From positions 186,001 through 250,000 of the forward strand of contig RSEE01000010.1 of NCBI GenBank assembly GCA_003971905.1: a stretch of DNA of 64,000 bases, written 5' to 3'. Source of the stretch: Moniliella sp. 'wahieum' (lineage: Eukaryota). The position numbers were made by a program, and so were the translations under genes. The notes under the pieces were generated by a model, which worked only from the letters and a program-made list of their open reading frames with translations, was not told where the DNA came from and did no database searches. This document shows, in pieces, positions 1-11,335 of the stretch (position 1 is the first letter of the stretch; each line of letters starts with the position of its first letter).

Positions 1-647
1 TATTGATAGTAGATATAGCTGAGAAAGCCTGCAATGTTTGGCTTGGCACTGACTATAACACTGCGCAACAGGGAACGATACCATGCCTCTGGCAACCCAC
101 ATCAAGCCTATGCAGATGATGATCGTCGAAATGGCCATGTTTAATGAACCGCAATATTGTCGTCATATACACGAAACCCTGTGTCTCCTTTTCGATCGCG
201 TCTCGATGAGATCTGAGATCTGAGAGGCCGAGAGGTCCAAACGCCGAGAATGTGACGTTTGATCGAAGCAATGTGCGACTGGGTAGTGAGTCTTCGGAGG
301 ACCTCAGTCGTGCGCTTGTTCTAGAAGAGAGAGTTGCCAGAACTGGCCCCACATTATAACCACCAACACCTCTACGCAATATTGCTTGTTGGTTGTCGGC
401 ATTGAAAACAGAGCGCCACACACCCCACATTGCAAGTTGCTCACTCCACCTTCTCTCTCATCCTATTACCACTTGCTCTCTCCATTCTTGAGAGAGCCTA
501 ACAGTTTAGGAACAACGAACTTTCGGGCTTTTCTCCAACTCGCATTCGACGTTTCCGAAAAGACGAAGACGTTGAAGAGACTCTTTGGGACCGTGGTTAT
601 GACTTTTTGCCGCACACTGTCCCCTCTTTACTTTGCGGAACTCGAAT

Positions 648-2064
648 ATGCCCTTTTTGGATGGCAAAAAACTCGCTTGTCAGGCCTGCATCAGTGGCCA
701 TCGGAGCAACAAATGCGCCCATTCTGATCGCCAACTGTTCCAAATTCGCCCTCGAGGGAGGCCCTGTCGTGTCTGTCGCTTTTGCCGTGAATGCGCCAAA
801 ATGAAGGAGGAAGGGAAAGAAGGGGCGCCCACGGGACGATGCACCTGCCTTGACCTGCCGCCACCTCTTCATACAGTCCTTCCGTCTCTCGCCCGCCAGG
901 AACGAAAACGCCGAGAGGCTGCTGCAAGACGATCAAAGCAAGCTGGGACATCTACTTCCCTCATCGAGGCCGAAACCTCCCCTAGTGGAAGTTCGGCGGA
1001 CGGGTTTATCCCCTGTCCCATTGGTACCCCCGAACCTGTCGTCAGCATGGCGCAAACGTCCAACCTTTACATTCGTCGCCACACCCTTGATATCCCAAGA
1101 ATTGTATGGTGTACAGCGCCAACACACGCAGATGCTTATTCCTCGCCCCACGAATCAAGTGCCCCGCCGCCTCCGCTTCTTCGCCTGATGGTACCACCCG
1201 CCACCATCTGCACACAGCGAGTGACTCGGCTTTGATGGCGTCGACCCTACCCGAAATGCAGCCTCTGGCTCCTCTGCCTAGCACCAGCGCACTAGAAGCG
1301 GGGGTTGATTATCACCGCACCTTCAACCTGGAGCTGAACGACATGCCTGAGTTACCGAAATATCGACCATTTACCGTCTCCACTTCTTCATATCACGACT
1401 GTACCACATCTGCTTATTCGATCCACTCGCATCCCAACGTTTCTCACCTTAGTTTTTCGCATTCGAACCTTCCGCACTCAAGCCGCGACTATCGCATCAC
1501 GACCGGTGGGATGCCCGCCGTCATATCTTTTCCAAGCTCCAAAACACCATCACAAATAATGACTTTCCAGCCACCCCCTGACGAACAGCTCCGGCATAAC
1601 ACAGAGCAGAGCTTTCTCGCCGTCTCCGCGTTGAATTGGCAAAGCCCTCAAAGGGATCCAATTCTGCAAAGGTCATGGCAACAGGAAGGGTTCCCTCTCC
1701 TTCCTGACTTCCCCGAGATCGTCTGGCCTGCACCCCATCATATACCGCCTCCTCCTCTCTGTCCTGGCAGTTGACCCTGTTGGGAGCACCTCTTCCTTCC
1801 CCCAGTCTTTCGCCCAGCCTGAGGTCCCAGAGGGAAGCCTCCCCATTCCCCGCGGACCACTGTCCTTCTCTTCATCTCTTTCACAAGCATAGCCGCAGAG
1901 GTCCAAAAACCGTTGATCACCTACTGTTGCTACCCCCATCCTTTCAAAACTGCATCGATTTTCTCCTCTTTTGCATCTTGACACTTCCAGAAGAGCCCAT
2001 AGCCTTGATTTGGAAGACCCACCAGATGCGGTGTGATCGTATATGGTGTATGTTTCCTGCATAG
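648..2064 (+). CDS. Copper-fist DNA-binding transcription factor (Ace1/Mac1/Haa1/Cuf1 family); 3' end uncertain
   Basis: ATG at 648 gives MPFLDGKKLACQACISGHRSNKCAHSDRQLFQIRPRGRPCRVCRFCREC...RCTC, the copper-fist signature (CxxCxxGHRxxxCxH...GRP..CxxC...CxC). It continues as Ser/Pro-rich ORFs 1106-1774 and 1771-2064 through apparent frameshifts. Confidence 0.75.
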
Positions 2065-3988
2065 ACCAGAGACTGGTCCATTCCTTCCATTGGTAGCGTC
2101 GTTGGATGAGTGTACAAGTGTGTAGGGGACCCGCCACCTTTTTTGCATCGTGGAGCGTACGGGTATAGTAATCATCTTTCAATGAAATCCAACAGGCTTG
2201 ACTAACAGTGTAGAGCAGGTCACTTAAAAAGAAGATGAATAAGATTTGAGTAGACTAAGAAGGTGCAGGTGACTTAAGTGGACCGCACATCAAGCCAGTG
2301 AAAATCAGAATGTGCTACCATCAGACATGACCACAGGAGGCAAGCGCGTGCGGGGAGGAAAGGGACGTCAACACAATGTCGAGAATGCTATTAGAGGAAG
2401 TGGCCCGTTGGCGACGAAAATTCTTCTCTTTTCTATGGGACCGTGGGTGTGAGCCACATCACGGATGAGAGCTTCCAAAATAATTGCCTTCGCTGCCGTC
2501 ATCAACAGAGAACGTTGAATATCTCTATTCTATAAAGGAGACCCCCTTTTACCATGATAGATTACGATTATTGTAGGGGTTTCTCTCCACCAGTCTCTCT
2601 AGGGCGCCCTAACAATGGTTGAGTGCATGCCTATATAAAAACATCCTGAAAGGAAACTCTTCATTAAGTTCGTCTATCATGTGATGGGTGCTGGAACATC
2701 ACTGCGTCGATCTGTGCACTGATATATACATGATCCTAGCGTCAATGTTGACAACGATGATGGATGGGATCGCGATGACATATGATATGCATAGCGCATA
2801 GAAGGGAATGTAGACGGAGTCCCTCCTTCTACCGGTCGTTGCGACTGTTTATATGTGGATACTGATTATTACAGAGACGGTGGCTGCGGCTTGGTGCATG
2901 ACAACTACTTGCCATGGCGTGCTTTTGTGAACATTGAGATGGGATGTTCTGGAGTCCTGAGTCCTGTGTTATGGATTTTGGGCGATGTCGTCTCGCATAT
3001 GACACCAAATAAACCGCACAACCAACAATATTCAAAGAGAAGAGGAGAGATACAAAGATGAAAAAACGAAAGCCAACGCATATAACAACACATAACCTGT
3101 AATGTTTTGCGAGGGGGAGAGACAGAACCACCACAAAAGCAAACACAACTAACAGTGATTAACGATGACTGCGGGGGAATTAAGGAATCTGGTTCCGACG
3201 GATGCGCCAAGGCCATGTAGCTCGCCATGCTGTAACGGGATAGGCTTACTTCCGATTTCCCCTGATGCACCTGACGGTGGTACAAAAATGAACGGAGGTT
3301 GGGTTTTCAGTTATGGAAGAGTTGGCGTTCCACTGCCGAGGCTCTTGGCTTTTCAATGGTCAACGTTCAACTGTGTGTGTGTTTTTCTACGGCTAGTGCG
3401 TCCAGCTGTTAAACAGACAGCCGAGACAGACGGCCGAGACAGACGGCCGAGGTACATGGTCAGGGACACTGGGAGGCCGTTGGTTCGAGCCCACCATGGA
3501 AGGGTAACTTGAATACCTATTCTGGACGACCCTGCCAGCGCATTAGCGTGCTAGCCATCTTGTTCCCACAGTTGCTATAGTGAGTGACTAGTGACTGGCG
3601 CATTGCTGAGCCGCGCTGGCGCTGAAAGCTGAAAGCTGAAAACTGAAAACTGAAACGCCCAGTTGACTTGCACAGCTGCGGACGGTTCCCAGGGCGTACC
3701 CCCGGCGAGGGCTGTGTACCATACTTGGTCTCGATAATCGATCATCGGTAACCGGAAAGCGCTTGATCGATGATCAGCAGGAGAGGCGTGTAGCATGTGA
3801 CGCGCGTGACAGAGGAGGCGATGATGTCACGTGCATCATGACGCTGGTATCATACGCACCAGCGTCATGATGCATGATCTAGTTGCTCGAACTTGCACCT
3901 GGCTGGTTTGGGGGGGTGTTGTCGGCCCGCCCTTTCTCTTTCGTCTCACCACGAACTCCTCCCTAGTCGACTCTACTTTCTGGACGCC

Positions 3989-4565
3989 ATGTGCGACGAC
4001 ATCTTCTTCTGTATGTGGCACTTCTGCTCTCTGACCGCAGCTAACCCTTTCGCAAGGCATCCCCATTGTGTTTGGGTGCGATGAACACCTGAAACAGACC
4101 GACACCACTCCTCATGGTACGTCCCATTCACCGCCACCCATGTGTGGAACTAACTTCGCACTGTGCCTATCCTCCCCCCTTCCCCCCTCTCGTTTTCCCT
4201 TCTACAGTATGGTACGTTCTTCTAACCCATGTGCGGCCCGATGGTATTCGCCGTTTCTCCACTAACTCTGTCTCCCCTCTCAGTCCACGATGCCACAATG
4301 CTCAGGTCGTCTCCGCCCGGACACGGCGGTGGTTCACGCTCTGCTGGATTCCTCTGATTGTATGTATACTCATAGGATTGCGTGTCCTTCGTTCTAACTG
4401 CTTCACTAGCCTACGTCCTCGTCCAATATCTGGGTGTGTGGTATTTGCCAGTGGCGGGCCGACCAGAACGGGTCTTACCAGCCGCCGTTGGCCGGAGCCG
4501 GGGGGTACGGTGGCCCAGGCGGGCCGTATGGCGCCCCACAAGGGTACCCGCCACAGCAATACTGA
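3989..4565 (+). CDS. Small fungal zinc-ribbon protein (zinc_ribbon_15-like), 105 aa, 5 exons: 3989-4010, 4057-4116, 4208-4211, 4284-4359, 4410-4565
   Basis: Four introns with GTATGT/GTACGT donors, CTAAC branch sites and AG acceptors. The spliced 318-nt frame is open: MCDDIFFCIPIVFGCDEHLKQTDTTPHVCPRCHNAQVVSARTRRWFTLCWIPLIPTSSSNIWVCGICQWRADQNGSYQPPLAGAGGYGGPGGPYGAPQGYPPQQY*. It has two CxxC pairs around a WFxxxxIPxIP motif. Confidence 0.85.
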
Positions 4566-5081
4566 GAGGACCCACTGTTTCTTGCTTTCCAATGCCGATG
4601 TGTGCCAAGCTGTCAGCGCCGTGTGATCCTTTGCTTGTGGGGGACGGTGCTATGTGCACAGGATGCACACACCGCAACCAAGTTTCTTTGTACTGTGGAT
4701 GTATTTGCTGTTTCCCATCTCGTATTCCCTTGGCTGGCTGGTGGCTGCCCCTTGGCAGGGATTGAGCCGCAGCCTGCGATCTGCCAGTGTCTGCCCGCAC
4801 GCATGCCCTAGGTGGTGCGCACGTCGAGCGACATGGCGCAGGCCCCAACAGATGCGTCTAAGCGAGCAACAAAATAATGGCGAAAATAACAGAAAACCCA
4901 TATTGGATCGAGGCGGCAGGCGACAGCTGACATCAGCGCATCATCCATCATGCTCATGCACCGGCACGCATCCCACCCCGCCACCGACCACCTGCCCGGT
5001 GGGCGGCGCCTGACGCCCTCAGGCAGCTTATCACCACAACTCAAGCCCCCGCCACCACCACCCGCCACCACTGCCACACCC

Positions 5082-6623
5082 ATGAGCGAGAAGCGCGGTC
5101 CTCCACTGCCCGTCGAAGAGGGCGTGCTTCTGTGAGCAGCCCTTGCTCCACGCCCCCACGATGAGCTGAGGCGCGCCCTGCTCACCCACCAGCGGCTGAC
5201 GGAACAAGAGTTCCGCCACTGTCATCATATCCTCGCCCCTCTGCGTCCGGGTAAGCACACCACGCCAGCGCCTGTCGCTGCGCGGACCAAGCATGCTCGC
5301 CATCACGCACCCGACCCAGCTGCGTCTCCCGATGTGTCGAGGAAACAGATGAAGATGCGCGCGCGCGGCTGCGGCCGCAGCTGAGCGGCGCGCTCGGACC
5401 GCCCAGGCCCGGGCGCTGGCCCCAACAGTCAACCCCAAGCTCACCCCCGAGGCCCGCAGCAGGCACGGCGGCTGTTACTGTGCGTACGACTTGAATCGTC
5501 TGAAGGAATTACGGAAAAAGGTATGCCCGTTCCCCCGTATTTGCCCCAGTGGAATCCTACTAACCCAACGCAGCTGGAGCCCCTTGCGCGACACATGGGG
5601 TCGACAGTGGATGCGACCCAGGAGCGGGTACTGCATTTGGAGGAACTACACACAATCCTCGAACGGGCTCCGAGCTCGCGATCCGTTCTGGTCCCAGCGC
5701 CTAAGGCGGACAACGAAGACGGGATCAGGATAACGATGGGACGATCCTGGCGAAGCGTTTGAGAATTGGACGTCCCAACGGCTGGATCGTATGCTTGTCG
5801 ACTACCTCCTGCGACAAAAATATCCGCGTACTGCAGCACATCTCGCCCAAACGCGGCACATTGAGCCGCTGGTGGACCGGGAGTTGTTCGGAGAAATGGA
5901 TGCGGTGGAAGCCACACTGGCCCCAGGTGCACAAACCTGCCAGTTGCGCTGCCGCTCTGGCCTGGTGGTTGAGAATAAGCCGCGCTGAGGAAGGCCAAGT
6001 CAACGCTCGAGTTTGAACTACGTCTGCAGGAATACATTGAGTTGGTGCGAGTGCGCACACCAGCGTCGCTCGAACAAGCAATCCAGTATGCCCGCAAACA
6101 TCTTGTCCCGTACACGGAGGAGAGGCGTTGCGGACGACAGTGTTCCGTGCGCTGGGCCTGCTGGCGTGCGACCCCGCCTCCCATGTCAATATGTACCCCG
6201 AGTTTGGCCCCGAGCGATGGGGCGGCGCTACGGAGCAAGTTCCGCGCCAGGCGTGGAGATTCACTCGCTTCCTCCGCAAGCCAGCTTGCATTTGGCCCTC
6301 AGTGCAGGATTGAGTGCGCTCAAGCTGCCGGACTGTTATTAATGACCCCAACCCTGACTGCCCGACGTGCGCTCAGGACAAGTTGGGCCGGCTGGCGCAG
6401 GAGGTGCCGTGGTCTCACCATGTCAACTCGACGCTCATATGCCGATTGACGGGCAAGGTGATGAACGATGATGACCCCCCGCTTGTCCTGCCCAATGGGC
6501 GAGTCTACTCCACCTCAGGACTGGAGGAGTTGGCCCGCTCCAGTATCACGCGCGAGGTGGTGGACCCGGCCACGGGCGATAAGTTTGCGTTGCAACGAGG
6601 CACGCAAGATGTTTATCTCCTAA
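5082..6623 (+). CDS. FYV10: GID/CTLH E3 ligase subunit Fyv10/Gid9 (MAEA homologue), frameshifted in this assembly
   Basis: N-terminal EQPLLHAPHDELRR; LisH-like LDRMLVDYLLRQKY; CTLH/CRA-like STLEFELRLQEYIELVR; C-terminal degenerate RING CPTC...LAQEVPWSHHVNSTLICRLTGKVMNDDDPPLVLPNGRVYS, ending RKMFIS* (TAA 6621-6623). Confidence 0.85.
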
Positions 6624-8241
6624 GCACAATGGTTGCTTGGTTTCGGAGCTTGTGTATCCTATTCTGTACAGGAAACGTATGAGCTCCCTTTCGCGGCCAT
6701 GCGGGACCAGTTTGGTCATTGCTCGCGCTCAGCGCGTTGAACGCAATAGATGTTGCATGTACCTTTGTCCGTTGGATTGGGTAGGCCACTGGTGGGCATG
6801 GCTGCGCTCACGCGCGCGACATTCACTCTGTAGCATGTCCGCCCATAAAGTTTACTGCACAGATAGTCCACCACTTACATTTTGCCTCCTCTACTTACTG
6901 CACCACAGCTTGTTTTTATCTCGGGGACTTGCGAGATCAGCCGTTTAGCTTTAGCACGTTTGGGGAGGGGGGGCTGTGGACAAGGGCCTATATGATCGGA
7001 TGGTTAGGCGTTTTACCGTACCTTCACTGTCACCGGTGTCACTTTCTGATCAGAGTGCAACCTGTAACTTGCGTCCTCGAATACCCGGCCGACGGGGAGG
7101 AGCGCTAGTTTAATGATGTTGGGCAAACTCCTTAATCAGAGGGAAATAAGGGTAAAGCTGTCAAGATGAAGATGCGGGTCGTTACCGGCGCTACCCTACT
7201 AGGAAAAACATGCGGAACTTGTACGACAGGCAGCGACAGGAACTAACGGACGGAGGAAAAGGAAGACATCAGCACGAAGTGCTTAGTGTCGCTTACTGTG
7301 TACTACTACTGGTATACTGATCCCATTGGTATCTGGCGCAGAGCTGAGTAGTCTTTGTTTATCTTTGGATCTGCGGGCCTTACCAAGACCGTTTTTTATT
7401 TATCAGGAGGTGGTGAAAACGAGAGGCCAACATAACTTATACCACCCACACATTATAGCCTATTAGTATCAACACCAGCGACAGCAAAGCCCTTCTGCTT
7501 CCCTGGCTGAACCTACTAATCAATGTAGATCAGATAACTGAACCTACATAGCAGTACAGTATGTGAAGACTGTTGAACCTAAGCAGATTGAGGTGAGTCT
7601 CCGCTCCGCACGGTATACCGCTCCACGCACAGCATGTGCAAGTGTGGTGCCATGTCGGCTTGAGCACATCATGGCTTGCACCCGGACCCCGTGCAAGTTG
7701 GTGCATTGCATAGGCAGTGCGGGAGCGCATTCTGCAGCTCGTGCGCTCCATGCCACAACAGCATCCACAACAAGCCAACTGTGAGCAAGAGGACTGGGAC
7801 GAAACGCGGGAGAGGCAATGGCACTGACTACCGCGTGGTGTGGGGCCCTGGAGCAATCGGAGGATCAGGAATGGAGGTGGACCACACGCTGCACGAGTCG
7901 GGAACGCAGGAGGTGCAGACCGCGGATCGGTGGTACATGAGAGCATGGCCACGCCTTTTGGAACGGAACGCTGGGAGAAGGAGCGCTTCGGCTGCTGGAA
8001 CAAGTAGAATGCGACAAAACGCCAAGTACCAAGAATGCACCCAAGAACCGTTTTCCCTTTTGGTTTTGAGAACGCGAGGAGGATACTATGCCATCAAGTC
8101 AACGGGCAAGATGCTTGGGAACTGAAAGGAATTAACTACGGAGTGTCATTGGAGATGGTTCACCGCTCGGATGTCTACCACGTTCATCCTATCCAAACGC
8201 GCTATACCTCGAGTATGGGAACGGATGACGGCCGCCAGAAG

Positions 8242-8289
8242 GTCCTGATTTCCTGGCAATTCCCCGTCCTGATTTCCTGGCAATTCCCC
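8242..8289. repeat. Perfect 24-bp tandem duplication (GTCCTGATTTCCTGGCAATTCCCC x2)
   Basis: Read directly from the sequence. Confidence 0.9.
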
Positions 8290-9544
8290 TGGTTCCCTAA
8301 ATGGGGTTGACGCTACCAAGCAACACGTGACACAACGCCGGATAAACAGGCTCAGCGCATTGAGCTCAGCCGCCCAACCAGAGTGCACAGTCTTCGGTTA
8401 GCCACAGACAAGGGAAGTATTCAATGCTAAGAGGGTACGTGAGATCGTGAGAGCTGTGGGAAGGAGCTGTTGAGAAGATGCAAGTTGTGAAGAACCTTTT
8501 TTCATCAACGGCAGTTGAGATCGATGAGAGAGAAGTCTGACATTATTGACATGTGGCCACATGTCTCGATGGCCAAGTGAGAGTGTCGTTCATTGTGTCC
8601 ACACACCCAAAAAGCTTCCAATGACTGACTATTGTGGTGGCTGGATGGCTCATCGACCCATCGGCATCTCCTCTAAGATCAAAAAAAGCATATTAGAACC
8701 ATCCATAAGATAGAGGAGCCATTCTTACTTAGCTCTCGTTCTGTTGTCCGCCTCTGTGGTCTTTAACCGCGCACAATCGCCATCTTGAATAAGGTATTCC
8801 CCTGGGCACATAGCTACATCGGAAGCCACATATCACGAAAAGCGCATATGCCCCCAAAAAGAACAGCCTCTTAGAGGCGTCATGCCCGCGGCATGCATGG
8901 AGACGCGATTGACGAGACATTGACGAACTTGTTGCGACGATGTCTGGCTTTACCGATCCTGGTGCACTTCCAGCCTGAGTGCGTGAGCCTCAGGCCTCAA
9001 GCTGAGGTCTCACTAGTCCCGAGGCACCGCAAGCTCCGAAGATTGCTGGTGCGCGCGTAGCGGCGTAAGCCAAAAGGACTTCTCCTGTAGCCCTCGTCCT
9101 GCTTCCTATAATACCACGAACGCTTATCTCTCGCCCGCGATCGGTCGCCTACGCTATACTCAGGTTCCAAACGCTTCAGTCTGAAGATCCTTTGCGGCCT
9201 CTATAGCCGGGTGGACCAGGACGTTCCTACAAACTACGTGGACGTTTGACGTTTGGTGGCTACGATTGACAATAAATCTTCGAACGTCTCGAAGGTTGGG
9301 TATGTTGAACATCGCGACAGCGCGTAGCGCGTAAAATCTTGAAGGCGGCATATCTGGCGTCAATTTCAAATAGCCGCCACATTGGTAACACGGCGACGAG
9401 GGAGCGCAGGGTTGGGTGCCGGTGGGGAGGGCGAGGCTTGGCGAGGCCTGCCGAGACCCAACAAAGGCCACCTGCCACATGCACGCGCACCATCCTCAGC
9501 ACTGTGTAACTACCTGATCGTTCTGATCCTTACCGCCTGAGCGT

Positions 9545-10370
9545 GAATTCAGTGTTCGACATTCAGCTTCAGAACGTTCAACGTTGAGTTCAAGGTTGAA
9601 ACGTTTAGCCCTATTAAACGTTCAACGTACTCAACGCTCTCGGCCTCAGTGCGGCAATGGAAAAGGGGGACTTGCCATGATGCATGACTTGCTTCCCAGA
9701 TCTCGGACCTCATATTCTCAGAGCTAAACTATTGTCAAGGGAGGAAGCGGTGGAGATGCAATCGGGGGAAGGCAGCCTGGACTGAGGCCTGAGGGGCAGA
9801 ACAGAGGTGGAATAACGGAGTCGCCTCGCGCAACAGTAGTTGTACATATTAGTCCAAGTAGTACTTACAGTACAGCGGATGCGATGTATGTGGCACCCGA
9901 ACCACCGGACCTGGGACACCCGCATCCGCACCCGACCCGCCCGTAATTTGCGGGTGAGGTTTCCAAATAAGATAGTCATGCCCACGATGAAGAGTGCGCG
10001 CGGGATAGCCAGTAAGGCCTAAGGTTACATCTGTTACATGTTCTACCGCGTACCTGTAACGCTTTTAACGCGTATTGCATAACGCGTAACGCGTAACGAG
10101 TAAAGCTAGTAACTAGTAACCATTTGACGATAATCGATAATCTCCGATGGGTCACACGTATCAATGGCATCTGATGGGGAAAAGGGGATCTTCCGAGCAT
10201 ATATATCTGTTGGAGTGTGGGCTTGTGTGACGCGTGACGCGTGACACATAGGTGACATGCGACCACCGATCACCCGTTAAATACTAACGTACCGACGTAA
10301 GGTGACCTGTGATGCATGTGATGGTCAGCCGCTGCGATAAACGCTACGCGGTAACCGGTAACCGGCGTCC
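9545..10370. repeat. Mosaic of 7-bp-period palindromic micro-repeats (ACGT, TGCA, GGCC, CATG, CGCG, CTAG, TCGA, CCGG cores)
   Basis: For example AACGTTCAACGTTGA 9573, TAACGCGTAACGCGTAACG 10080, GTGACGCGTGACGCGTGAC 10227, CGGTAACCGGTAACCGG 10349. Confidence 0.85.
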
Positions 10371-10492
10371 GTGTCCCCAGGCTCAGGCCAGGGCCGCAGG
10401 CTTCTCGCCATCCTCGCCCAACAATCGCACCGCAGCAGCTATGCATCGCAGGTATGTAATCACCCTTGCCGCGTCTCTTCAGCGGCTTGAAG

Positions 10493-11335
10493 TGTCCCGG
10501 GCTGCGGCGGACCCAAGATGGTCCGACCCAAGCTAAGGCCCGCCTGCTCCGCACATGCCAAGTAGAGCGTGCACCGCAGGCCAATCAAGTGTTGACGGTT
10601 GGCTAAATTAAGTACCGTGGCCCGAAGGGTCATGCTCCGTGCGACAATAGTCGCCCCCCGCCCAAGTCCAAGTCGGCCGGCCTAAATAAGGCCACCGAGC
10701 TTCCAGTGCCGTGGCGGCATCTGCCGTCCCGTCCCCGTTCCGCTTCCTTTCTCGGTCGCGCCTGTGGCGACCAACCCCGCTTTTGACATGTCTTCCTTTC
10801 TACACCCCCTCTTGTATCCGTTTCCCTTTTGATCCTGCCTGTACCCCTGGTTGATGGGGATCTTTTCCCCCACCTTCCATTCTCGTCATCCTCTCGTCTC
10901 CACTTTCGTCCCTTTCCCGCCTATCCTGTCCGACTCCTGCCCGTTTTCCAGCCAATTGATCCAGTACAGGCAGCTCCTCTTGTTAGCGTCCGACATCTCC
11001 TCCGACCTCGTCCTCCAGCCCTTCGTCGTCCAATCGCGCGAGCCCTCCTTCGGTTGCGGCGATTCCCAGTCTCAGTTGAGGCAGTGTTTGTCCCCCTCTG
11101 CCTCCTCCCGTCCCTAAGTCCCGGAGGCTTCAGACACGTTACTACGGCCCAAGCCGGTGCAGACGCAGCCTTGCCACACGTGCAGCCGCCCCACCAAGGC
11201 CTCTCCTCGTCCCTAGCTCCGCTCGGACCACCAACCAGCCTAATCCCGAAACTACCGTGAGTCGACCTACCGTCGCCTAAGGGATCGTACCCCGAAAAAC
11301 CCTAGGGCGGCCCTTGGCGGCGCCCGCCCGTGACA
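10493..11335 (+). mobile_element. Solo-LTR-like element, 843 bp, copy 1 (probably Ty3/Gypsy-derived)
   Basis: Ends TGTCCCGGGC...GCCCGTGACA; exact 5-bp target duplication TGAAG at 10488-10492 and 11336-11340; homologous along its length to the reverse complement of 24329-25193; no transposase or RT motifs. Confidence 0.85.

Noticed and set aside
6900..9500. Possible spliced gene (scattered GTGAGT/GTACGT donors and short ORFs)
   Set aside because: I could not assemble a consistent exon chain or recognise any domain.
11326..11335. Idea that host GTGACATGTCAC-type tracts derive from joined ends of the solo-LTR family (…GTGACA|TGTCAC…)
   Set aside because: It would explain only one of at least 12 cores, and no adjacent LTR sequence accompanies the tracts.
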